The notes under the pieces were generated by a model. It was not told where the DNA came from, made no database searches, and was given only the letters and a program-made list of their open reading frames with translations. Made by a program: the position numbers and the translations under genes. A stretch of 60,000 bases of DNA from Mobula hypostoma. Taxonomy: Eukaryota. Position 1 is the first letter of the stretch; the number at the start of each line of letters is the position of its first letter. The DNA lies in NCBI RefSeq assembly GCF_963921235.1, contig NC_086118.1, positions 27,964,001 through 28,024,000 of the forward strand, written 5' to 3'. Below are positions 49,834-60,000 of this stretch, in pieces.

Positions 49834-51036
49834 CAGTGTTCCCCAACCTTTTTCGCACTGCGGACCAGTTTCATATCGACAATATTCTTGCGGACCGGCT
49901 AACCGGGGGGGGGGGGAAGGGGGGGCAGTTAGGGTTGCCAACGTACAAGAGTAGCAGTCAAATACGTAGTGTTTACCCTGAGAAAGACTACAATGACCAT
50001 GAAGCCTTGTGTGGGCACCAGTGCGCATGCGTAACTTGTGTATGTGTGTACGTCCCAATTTCTTAAAAATTGTTTTTGCCGGTTCTTTTGGCGGCGGCGG
50101 GGTGTGTTAAACATGACCAGAATATCAGTGATAAGTGGCTAATACATTCAATTTCGTTTCTAAAAGGGTTTATCTAACGAATTTAAAATTAAACACACAG
50201 CGCATATTTTCCTCGCATGAATATAGCGATAAGTCAATTATCAGGGGAGCTTGAAGTAAGTGTTGAACGAACTTCCAGTAGGATTGGTAGAGGCAGGTTC
50301 GATATTATCATTTAAAGAAAAATTGGATAGGTATATGGACAGGAAAGGAATGGAGGGTTATGGGCTGAGTGCAGGTTGGTGGGACAAGGTGAGAGTAGCG
50401 TTTGGCACGGACTAGAAGGGCAGAGATGGCCTTTTTCCATGCCATAATTGTTATATGGTTATATAAGTCACTTATAATAGCATCATAACATTTTAAGTAA
50501 CGTTTGGATATTAAACACACAGCGCATATTTTCCTCGTATGAACATATAAAATCATTGCAACACACCAATATTGCTGAATCAGTGGGAGCCCTGGGCTTG
50601 TTTCCCTGCAACAAGACGGTCCCATCGAGGGGTGATGGGAGACAGCGATACTCGAAGGGGGTTCCTTATGTCCAGTCTATTCCGCAATTTAGTTTTCGCT
50701 GCATTCATCGCAGAGATATGTTGGAAATGGAAGCAATGTTTTCAGTGCTTCCGTAGCTATCTCAGGATAGTCAGCCTTGACTTTCATCTGGAAGGCCGGC
50801 AGAGATGTTAGGTCAAACATACTTTTCAGCCCGCTGTCATTTGCAGGCTCGAGGAGTTGATCTCCTTCCCACGCTGACACGGATGACGCGCGGGTAGTGA
50901 GCTCGTGTGTGTTCAAGCTCAACAGTGGGCGTGACAGGAAATGAGGAAAGGTGCCGCTGGCTCATATCACCAAACCTTATCGTTTCCTCGCGGCCCGGTA
51001 GCGCATGCCTTGCGGCCTGGTGGTTGGGGACCGCTG
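49834..51036 (-). mobile_element. Charlie/Buster-type hAT DNA transposon, internally deleted, 15-bp TIRs, perfect 8-bp TSD GAGTAGGA
   Basis: TIRs CAGTGTTCCCCAACC / GGTTGGGGACCGCTG. TSD at 49826-49833 and 51037-51044. Transposase C-terminus KADYPEIATEALKTLLPFPTYLC...LRNRLDIRNPLRVSLSPITPRWDRLVAGKQAQGSH*. Confidence 0.93.
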
Positions 51037-51522
51037 GAGTAGGAGGCAGGGAGCTACTCACTTTTAATTAGGCCCTAGAATAATGGAGATATTGGCTAAT
51101 GGGAAACACGGAGCCCTTCCTGATCTGGACTTACCACCAAAACCATATATCCATACAACCGACCCATTAACCCGACCCAGCTGGGTCTTCTTCTTCAAGA
51201 AATTCATCTTCACCATCTACTGTTGACCCAGCTCCAACAACACTAAGACACACACCCTGTCACAACAGTTCGACCCAGCTGAAACAAAAATTGACCCTCA
51301 GACCATCATTCCATTCTCCCTGATCCTCACCCCGATGGCTTAAGATCTTGCGAACAAGATCAGCCAGGCCCTACAGCTCGAGCCTGCTCCTTCCAACACC
51401 GCTGACAAATGCATGTGCGTGCTTTTGGCCATGTGCTCTGAGGCACTCCAGTAGTGCCAGTCCTCACCCCTCTCTATCCATCCAGGCACATGATTTCTCA
51501 AAAATCCAGACTCTAGATTTTC

Positions 51523-52684
51523 TGTGACAAGAAAGCAGAGGAAGTGGGGAAAAAAGGATGCTGAACATTGATACAGGCCCTGGACAAGACTAGGATGCAG
51601 GGCCTGGGCTAGGACATGGACAAGAAACACGGAACCCAGACAAGGAACTGCGAACAAAGAGCCTGAACTAGGGACACGGGACTCCGGAACTAGAGCCTGG
51701 ACAAGGACCCGGAACCTGGGTCTTTGTTGGGACTAGGAACCTCGGTCTTGACTCGGAACCGGAACCCGCGTTTAGGCTAGGACAGGACATGGCTACAGTT
51801 CATGGCGTGGCTACAGGACTGGATGTGTGACTCCTGGACAGGACAAGGGAACTCCAGCACTGGACGAGGGATCTCCAGCACAGGGCTGGGCGAGGTACTC
51901 CTGGGCTGAGCGAGGCACATGAACAGGATAAGAACACAGAGCCTTGACTAGGACTTGGGAGATGGGAACCTCGGAGCTTTAGTCTTGGGAGACAAGAACC
52001 TCGGAGCCTTGGTCTTGAGCATGGGAACATGGAATGCAGAGCCGGGGTCACCTTCTTGGGAACAGGACCAAGGACTTGGGCTCTTTCTATACACAGAACA
52101 CTGAACATGAAGAGACAGTTCATCACTCAGGGTAGCGGCAAACGGCCGGACCTACCTAGCAAAGGCGAAGACACAGAGCCAGTTCTCAACTCAAGGTAGT
52201 GGCAAATGGCTGGACCTACCTAGTGAAGGCGAGGACACAGAGACAATTCCCAACTCAAGGTAGAGGCAAATGGCCAGACCTACCTAGCAAAGGCAAGGAC
52301 ACAAAGAGACGGTTCCCAACACAAGGTAGCGCCAAATGACTGGACCTACCTAGCGAAGGCAAGGACACAAAGAGACAATTCCAAACAACAACAGACTGTT
52401 TCTTATCTTGACATAGCAAAGTCCCGGTCTTGCTCCGTCAGTTGACCTTGACGGCATTACAGGCGAAGTTGCAGGTGATGTTTCAGGCAAAGGCTTCAGA
52501 GGGAAGGGAACAGTCCAACAAATGAAGCTGAACCCAGGAGCTATTTACGTAGCCAGCCCAAAATGAGAATCTGGTGCCTCAATTAAGGCACTCAACAGAA
52601 GGGAGAAAACAGGAAAACACGGAACAAGGATCGATAGACCAGACCGCGAACCGGAATGCGGATTTCACGGACTGGACCATGACA
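51523..52684 (-). mobile_element. solo LTR, family X copy 3 (terminal ~70 bp missing)
   Basis: Homologous to 41190-42197 and ends ggaccatgaca. Confidence 0.85.
52125..52382 (+). repeat. four ~62-64 bp tandem units within LTR X copy 3
   Basis: Unit caaggtagyggcaaayggccggacctacctagcaaaggcraggacacagagacarttcccaact. Confidence 0.88.
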
Positions 52685-52954
52685 ATTTTTTGTGCTGCAT
52701 GCGATGTATGTACTGTATTTTGTACCTTGGTCCCTGAGAAACACATTTTTTTAGCTATGTACATGTGTATGGGTGAATGACCATAAACTTGAACTTGAAC
52801 TTGAACCTTCCTCAAACTCTTGCATGATGAGAGTGTGTGTGATACCTGTAATGTCCTGGAAATAGGGATGCCAGCCAGATCACCAGCCTGAGGGCTCAAT
52901 CATTGTGATTTCTATCATTAGTGGTAATATTAACATCATTATGAGCTCTTAAGA

Positions 52955-54140
52955 CCAAAAGACCATAAGACATAGGAGCAGAATTAGGCCATTCAGCCCA
53001 TTGAGTCTGCTCCACCATTCCATCATGGCAAACCCCGGATCCCACTCAACCCCATACACCTGCCTTCTTGCCATATTCTTTGATGCCCTGACCGATCAGG
53101 AAACGATCAACTTCCGCCTTAAATATATGCATGGACTTGGCCTCCACTGCAGTGTGTGGCTGAGCATTTCACAAATTTTCTACTCTCTGGCTAAAAAATT
53201 CCTCCTTACCTCTGTTCTAGAGGGTCACCCCTCAATTTTGAGGCTGTGTCCTCTAGTTTTGGCTACCTGCACCATGGGAAACATCCTCTTCACATGTACC
53301 CTTTCTAGTCCTTTCAACATTCAGCGGATGACAGTAATACATCCATTGACTGCCATGTATGTCCAAAAGTGGCCTAAAGCAAAATCTATGAACCTGTCCA
53401 GCTGAATCCTGGAAGAATTCCAAGCTGTAGGCTCTGAAGGAAATGGTCACGTTCATAGCTGCTGACAGAGCACATCCTATCGGATCAGTGTTTTTCTGAT
53501 TTACCATTGAGCATAGAGTTATTAAATAACCATGTCCCACTGGTCCGTGCTGACCATGATTCTCATCTAAGCCAGCCCCAGTTGCCTATATTTGGTCCAT
53601 ATCCCTTTAAATTTTTCCTGTTGATATACCAGTTCAAGTACCTTTTAGAGGTTACCAATATACCTGCCTCCACCACTTCCTCTGGCAACTTAATCGGTAT
53701 ACATACTACCCTCTAGGTTAAAAAGTGGACCCTCAAGATCCAATGGAATGCCTTCCCTCTCACCCTGAACCTATGTCCATTAGTTCTTGATTCACCAGCT
53801 CCGGGCAGATTCACCCGATCTATCCCTGTCATGATTTTATATATTGTACATCTCATTCTCATATACTACAATGACTAGAGTTCTAGCCTGCTCAGCCTCT
53901 CTCCATGACTCCATCCCCCAAGACAAGGCAACATTCAGTTTAGTGGTACCTTCCCTACAAGAGACTGAAAAAACTCAATACAATATTCCAAAGCAGTCTC
54001 ACCGACACTTTCTACATTGTCATCTTCTGTACCCAGTGTCCTGACTAATGAACAGTGTGCTAAAAGCCTTCCACACCACTCTGTCGTCCTGCGACACGAT
54101 GTACTTGTAATTCTAGGTCCGTCTGTTATACAACACTCCC
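52955..54140 (-). mobile_element. cluster of antisense CR1 3' fragments
   Basis: Tail gaccataagacataggagcagaattaggcc with a CR1 3' UTR. An older fragment spans 53505-54140. Confidence 0.7.
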
Positions 54141-54529
54141 CTTGTTAATTGTTGAATGTTAAATCTGAACAGCACCTTTCACAAAGTTGGCATAAATTCT
54201 CAAAAACTTTCCCTTGCTTTTCCCAAACATAAAATTAATATACGTAACAATGAGGAAGAATTTTTTTTCAAATAAATATGTAAGAGAATAGAAAAAGAAA
54301 GGATTTACCATCTAGTTTTCCAGTGCTCTCCAATGCCAAGTATTCTCACAATGGTTTTGCTGTTTAGCTCCAGGAAACTGGAAAACCTCAAAGTTCAAAA
54401 GTCCAAAGTAAATTTAATATCAAAGTAATTACATGTCACCATATAGTGTCTTGAGATTAATTTTCTTGCAGCCATTCACAGTAGAACAAAGAAATGCTAT
54501 AGAATCAGTGAAGAACTACACACAACCCA

Positions 54530-54800
54530 GGGCAGTGTAGCGGTTAATGTAACACTACTACAGCTCGAGGCATCAGAGTTTAGAGTTCAATTCTGGCGTC
54601 CTCTGTAAGGAGTTTGTGCTTTCTCCCTGCGAATATGTGGGTTTTGTCCGTGTGCTCCGTCTCCTCCAAGAGTCGAGTGATATACTGGTCAGTAGGTCAA
54701 CTGGTCATTGTAGATTGTCCTGTGATTAGGTGGGTTTCTGGGTGGTGTAGCTTGCTGAGCCAAAAAGGGCCTGTTCCACGCTGTACCTCGAAATAAAAAT
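54530..54800 (+). mobile_element. V-core SINE
   Basis: tRNA head (gagttcaattc) followed by gtaaggagtttgtgctttctccctgcgaatatgtgggttt, with an A-rich tail. Confidence 0.7.
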
Positions 54801-54908
54801 AAAGCCAAGCAAAGACTGACAAAGACAAAGGTGTAAAAGACTGTGCAAATACTAAAAAGGAAACAAATAATAAATAAATAAATAATACTGGTAAATAATA
54901 CGAAGTAA

Positions 54909-55219
54909 AGGCATCCGTTTGTCTTACGAGACCATGGATCTGCGCCTGGAAAGTCTTCACTCTCCAGGGCGCAGGCCTGGACATGGTTGTATGGAAGACC
55001 AGCAGTTGCCCATGCTGCAAGTCTCCCCTCTCCATGACACCGATGTTGTCCAAGGGAAGGGCATTAGGACCCATACAGCTTGGCACCAGTGTCGTTGCAG
55101 AGCAATGTGTGATTAAGTGCTTTGCTCAAGGACACAACACGTTGCCTCGGCTGGGGCTCGAACTCACGACCTTCGGATCGCTAGTCGAACGCCTTAAACA
55201 CTTGGCCACGTGCCTACAC
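54909..55219 (-). mobile_element. tRNA-derived CORE-like SINE, copy 2
   Basis: Reverse complement is nearly identical to 37611-37927. B box gttcgagcc. Confidence 0.88.
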
Positions 55220-55494
55220 TAGTATATAATAAATATAAATTAACCTATATAGGACATAGCAGCAGATTTAGGCCATTTGGCTCATTGAGCCTGCTTTACC
55301 ATTTCTTTATGGATGATCCATTTCTCTCTCAGCCCCAATCTCTTGCCTCCTCTCCGTATCCCTTCGGCCTATTCTTGCCTCCAAGTACCCCAAAATCACA
55401 TCCTGAACAATTGACTCTAACAACTTCTCAACCACTGAGATCCAACTAACTGGCCTACAATTTCCTTTCTTCTGCCTCTTTCCCTTCTTTTTTT

Positions 55495-56150
55495 TAGATT
55501 AGATTAGATTATGAGGACACGCAGTCCTCTTTTATTGTCATTTAGTAATGCATGCATTAAGAAATGATACAATGTTCCTCCAGAATGATATCACAGAAAC
55601 ACAAGACAAACCAAAACTGAAAAACTGACAAAAACCACATAATTATAACATATAGTCACAACAGTGCAAAGCAATACCGTAATTTAATAAAGAACAGACC
55701 ATGAGCATGGTAAAAAAAAAGTCTCAAGGTCTCTCGAGAGTCCCAACATCTCATGCAGACAGTAGAAGGAAGAAAAACTCTCCCTGCCATGAGCTTCCAG
55801 CACTGCAAACTTGCTGATGCAGCATCCTGGAAGCACCCGACCACAGCCGACTCTTGAGTCCGTCCAAAAACTTCAAGCCTCTGACCATCCCTCCAACACC
55901 GAGCACTGAGCACCATCTCTGCTGAGCGCTTCGACCCCGGCCCCGGCAACAGGCAATAGGCAAAGCCGAGGATTTGCGGCCATCCCCTCCAGTGATTCTC
56001 GATCACACAGTAGCAGCTGCAGCAAAGCAGGCATTTCAGAAGTTTTTCCAGATGTTCCTCCATGCTTCTCACGTCTGTCTCCATCAAATCATGATTGTGC
56101 ACGGCCTCCCACTTGACAGGTAACAGATATCATTTCGGAGTGGCCGCACA
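55495..56150 (-). mobile_element. non-autonomous LINE-derived element, copy 2 of 5183-5840
   Basis: Reverse-complement homology, with an (agatt)n tail. Confidence 0.7.
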
Positions 56151-56879
56151 TTTGACATTTGCATTTCTCCAATCCTCCGGAACTGTGCCAGATTTATTCA
56201 TTGTTTATTCATTTATTTCCATTGATTATTGAAAGTTCATTACTAATGCCTCCACTATCTCTTCAGCCACCTTTTTCAGAATCCTGGGTTGTAGTCCACC
56301 TGGTCCGGGTGACTTATGTACCTTCAGGACTTTCAGTTTCCCAAGCACCTTCCCCCTAGTAATAGCAGCTAAAGTCACTTCTGCCCCTGACACTCTCGAA
56401 CTCCCGGCACACTGCCAGGAACTTCCACAATGAAGACTGCTGCAAAACATTTCCATCTGTTTTGCCTTACTGTCAAAATTATTGTATAAGTTAATGAGGA
56501 CGAAACATGTCAATTCATGGCTCCCCTTTGTCTGGGCGTAGTGAAGAGGATTTGTTAGGCCCTGGGTGGAGTGAAGGCTATCCTGATGTGCTCAGATTTT
56601 AAATTTGCAAGTTGATGGATTTCTGACAAGCGTCTGATGCACTGTTGATTTTTTACCGAATTAACTCCCAGCGCTGCTCTGTTTTATAGTGGCATTTTCT
56701 TGATCTTCATAAATTGCATTAATTTGATCTATGGTTGAAAATGCAGTCACCAAACCAAAGCAAGTTATATCTGTATGCTAAAGCAGTGACATCTGCCTTC
56801 AATAATTTTCAATATCTTCTACTTTACTCAGAGTAACCTTTGAGCACATATAGATGAAGCACTGCCACAAAATAAAGCA

Positions 56880-57300
56880 TCAAGGACCCCACCCATCCAG
56901 GCCTTGTTCTCTTCTAACTGCTGCCATTGGGAAGGAGTTGTAGGAACCAGAAGTCCCACACCACTGGCTTCAGGAACAGTTATTAACCTTGAACCATCAG
57001 GCGCCTGAGCTAGTGTGGATAACGTCACTCATCTTAACTCTGAAGTGATCCCAGAACCTATGGACTCACTCTGAAGGATTCTACAACTCCATTTCTCAGA
57101 ATCAATAATTTACACTGTTTTTGGATTTGTGCAGATCATCTTTTGCACGTTGCTTGTTTGTCAGTCCTGGTGTGTGGACTTTCATTGATTTTTTTTGTAT
57201 TTCTTTGCTCTACTGTGAGTGGCTGCAAGAAAACGAATCTCAGGGTATTATATGGTGACATATACCTACTTTGATAAGACATTTGCTTTGAACTTTGAAC
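56880..57300 (+). mobile_element. Rex1/Babar 3' end
   Basis: catcaaggaccccacccatccaggcc...aggaacagttatt...tactttgataagacatttgctttgaactttgaac tail. Confidence 0.7.
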
Positions 57301-57818
57301 AAGTAAGTGCCTTGGATGAGAGCTGAAGCTGAGGAGAGAAGAAGACCTAAAGTCTAATTCTTGTCCTCAAATATCAAATGAATTGATAGCATTCGTATGT
57401 GAGGTTAACATAATCATAGAAGTTAGACTGCATTCAGATAGACAAAAAGAAATGCAATCTATGTTTTTTTTTTAACTGACATACCATCAACTAAAAACCT
57501 GTACATTCCTTAGGCCTGATTCCAGTCTTACCACACAAAGGGAAATCTGTATTCATGCTGCTTAAATGGTTATATTAAATTCTATTCAATTATAAACAGT
57601 GTCAATACAGCTAAACAAAACAGCGTTACTCTTCTCGTTTTCAGGTAAAACAATAACAAAAGTCTTGCACTTTATTGAATGGAACCATTAAGTCCATGCT
57701 TATTCCCTAAGGAGCAATCCTATATTTTTTTTTGACCATTTTCACAGACATGAAAATTATTCTGCTTACACATGCCCATCAATTCTCCTTTGATTGTATT
57801 TATATATAAATGACTATA

Positions 57819-58097
57819 GAGGCATCCGTTAGTCTTGTAAGACCTTGGATTTGTGCCTGGGCAAGGTTGTATGGAAGACCGGCAGTTGCCCATGCTGCAA
57901 TGCTCCCCACTCCACGCCACCAATGTTGTCCAAGGGAAGGGCATTAGGGCCCATATGGCTTGGCACCGGTGTCGTCGCAGAGCAATGTGTGGTTAAGTGC
58001 TTTGCTCAAGGACACAACACGCTGCCTCAGCTGAGGCTCGAACTAGCGATCTTCAGATCACTAGACTGACGCCTTAACCACTTGGCCACATGCCAAC
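57819..58097 (-). mobile_element. tRNA-derived CORE-like SINE, copy 3, 11-bp TSD AAATGACTATA
   Basis: TSD at 57808-57818 and 58098-58108. Internal deletion relative to copies 1 and 2. Confidence 0.88.
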
Positions 58098-58284
58098 AAA
58101 TGACTATATGCTATATATTTATCTCCATTAGTACCTGCAATCAAGATTATTTACTGGCAGCCTGCAGATTATATCCTTTGATTTCTAATTTGAATTCAAT
58201 TAGTAGTGTCGGTACACAAGCCTCTAGTTGTGCCCCATTTTATTTCCACTTTAACCACTCATCTTTGATCTTTCATCCAGTTCC

Positions 58285-58853
58285 TACCAGGGGGTGTATG
58301 GGGTGTCAGGGAGGGGTAGCACTTCTGGTGGGGGAACATATCGCGTCCTTTTCAGGGCGGTTAGCCCACCTTTGGTTCCCCCCCCCCGGCACTCAGCTCT
58401 CACCTGTGGCTCCCTGTAGCTGTTTGCATGTGACAGTTGCCACACCCCGGGCAACGGCTTCAACAAGCCGGCTAAACCAGGTGAGGGTAGCTGACGGGTC
58501 TCAAACCCTCGGTGAGATAGGGAGTTGTCTATCCCAGCATGTGAAGACAGACTCCGGCGGCTTGAGCGGACGAGGCCAATGGAAGGTCCAACGGTCAAGA
58601 AGGCGGTCTCTGCAAGCGTTGTGGAATATGTAGAACAGGACAAGATACAGAAGACATCCTGGTCATCCACTGCGCCTAGTCCCATCTCCAGTCGTCTCGA
58701 CACTTGTCTTGCCACTGGATCCAGATGGGAATTGGGAAGAAACAGTGAAGCTGATGCTGAGCAACTCTCCCTCACTTAAATCCAAATCATGAGCTAGTCT
58801 CGACACCATCATCATGGTAATGGTGTCGAGGTCCTCATCGACGATGATGATGG
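58285..58853 (+). mobile_element. GC-rich non-autonomous retroposon, probably RTE-derived, (GAT)n tail
   Basis: GC/CpG-rich block with sharp edges, terminal hairpin ctcgacaccat...atggtgtcgag and tail gacgatgatgatgg. Confidence 0.5.
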
Positions 58854-60000
58854 ACAAACAGCCAAGCTTATGGAAGAGCACTGTGCCTTTATTCTGGCTG
58901 TGTTATAACTCTCAGGATTTTACACCAAGTTTACTTTGAACTATGAACTTCGAGCCAGTGAAGACTCAATGGGTCATTTATAACGTAATTGTTGATGCTT
59001 TTTCCAAAGTAAAAGGGAAAGAAAATGTGATATTATCCTCAACTATTTTGATCCCATTTATAATTGAGTATAATTTATTAGACTCATTTAAACTGCTCTA
59101 ATATACAGTTTCCTTTGTGGAACAAGATTAACATCAGGGCCAAGGAATTATACAAATCATTTTTAAGATGCACCGAGATGAATGCCGGAAGTGTTTGACT
59201 TCCAGCTGCCAAACTTGAGTGTCATAGCAGGAAAGAACCATGACATAATAAGATTAATTTAAGTATATTGGTCAGAATGGATGAGATGAGTTGATTGTAT
59301 AATGCCATAAAAGTAAAAGACAAAAATTCAAATAGGAGTTTATATCACAAGCTGTCAAATCAGAATGAGTACACGAACAGAAACGTACAAGAACAGAAAT
59401 GCATGAGCTGAGATCACAGGACTTCTTTACCTAAATGTGAATGCCCATGTGATTTCATAATTTAGAAATGGAATCCTTCATTGTGTCAAATGCATCTTGG
59501 GCTGTGGTTTGCAAAACTTCCAGAATCTATGCTCCAAATGAAATTCAGAAAATGTACGTAATGTGAGTTCTGGCAGAAGCAACATTCATTCGAGCCAATT
59601 TTATCTGACCTAAAACTTGACATTGGCTTAGATCTAAATATTGACAATTTTAGGAACTGGGCCATTTATTCTGTAAATGGGAGCTGCAGTGATGATTAAA
59701 CTAACTCTTCACTTATTCCTTAGCTGATGGAAAACCTTTTCAGATATTCATGACAGATTCAAATATGCAAAAGAATGGAAAGTAGATATAAAAGGAGTCA
59801 TTTTAAGTGAACAAAGGAGTCAAATGAAGTGAAATGGAAAGTATAAACTCTAAACTGGCACAGGAACTGTAAAAGTTCTGCTGAACCTTCTACTTCTACG
59901 CCTCTGGTATCAGATTTCTGCAATGTTCATGAATCCATGGACATTGCTTTAATATTTGTCTTCTGCACTATTCATCCATCTATCTATCTACTTATTTATT

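Larger units (their letters stand above)
46808..51490 (+). mobile_element. decayed chromovirus-type Gypsy element D (LTR, gag, protease, partial RT, RNase H)
   Basis: [54 protein letters not shown] and, after the hAT insert, RELLTFN*ALE*WRYWL. Confidence 0.82.

Noticed and set aside
52125..52382. CRISPR-like regular repeats
   Set aside because: The units are contiguous tandem copies with no unique spacers. They lie inside an LTR in eukaryotic DNA, and no cas genes are present.

Overview
This is eukaryotic, repeat-dense, non-genic-looking DNA. The repeat spectrum (abundant CR1 LINEs, V-core tRNA SINEs, Rex1/Babar, Penelope-like elements, chromoviral Gypsy) points to a cartilaginous fish, probably a ray or shark (inference). 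I could not support any host protein-coding exon; every recognisable ORF is transposon-derived. The window holds four decayed Gypsy LTR elements, one with both LTRs, a PPT and a chromodomain, and three copies of a ~1 kb solo-LTR family, two with 5-bp TSDs. It also has many nested CR1 and Rex fragments, a HERO-type RLE LINE 3' end, tRNA-derived and RTE-derived SINEs, Tc1 and hAT remnants, and a clean Charlie-type hAT with TIRs and an 8-bp TSD. The most interesting signal is a set of Penelope-element termini carrying minimal hammerhead-ribozyme motifs (CTGAYGA-stem II-GAAACGTC/T). One of these is a 212-bp non-coding fold-back element with a perfect 16-bp TSD, and one Penelope copy has a twin-priming-type 5' inversion. 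Family names come from recalled motifs, not database searches, and the boundaries of old fragments are approximate. I see no clear evidence for a wholly new multi-gene system.
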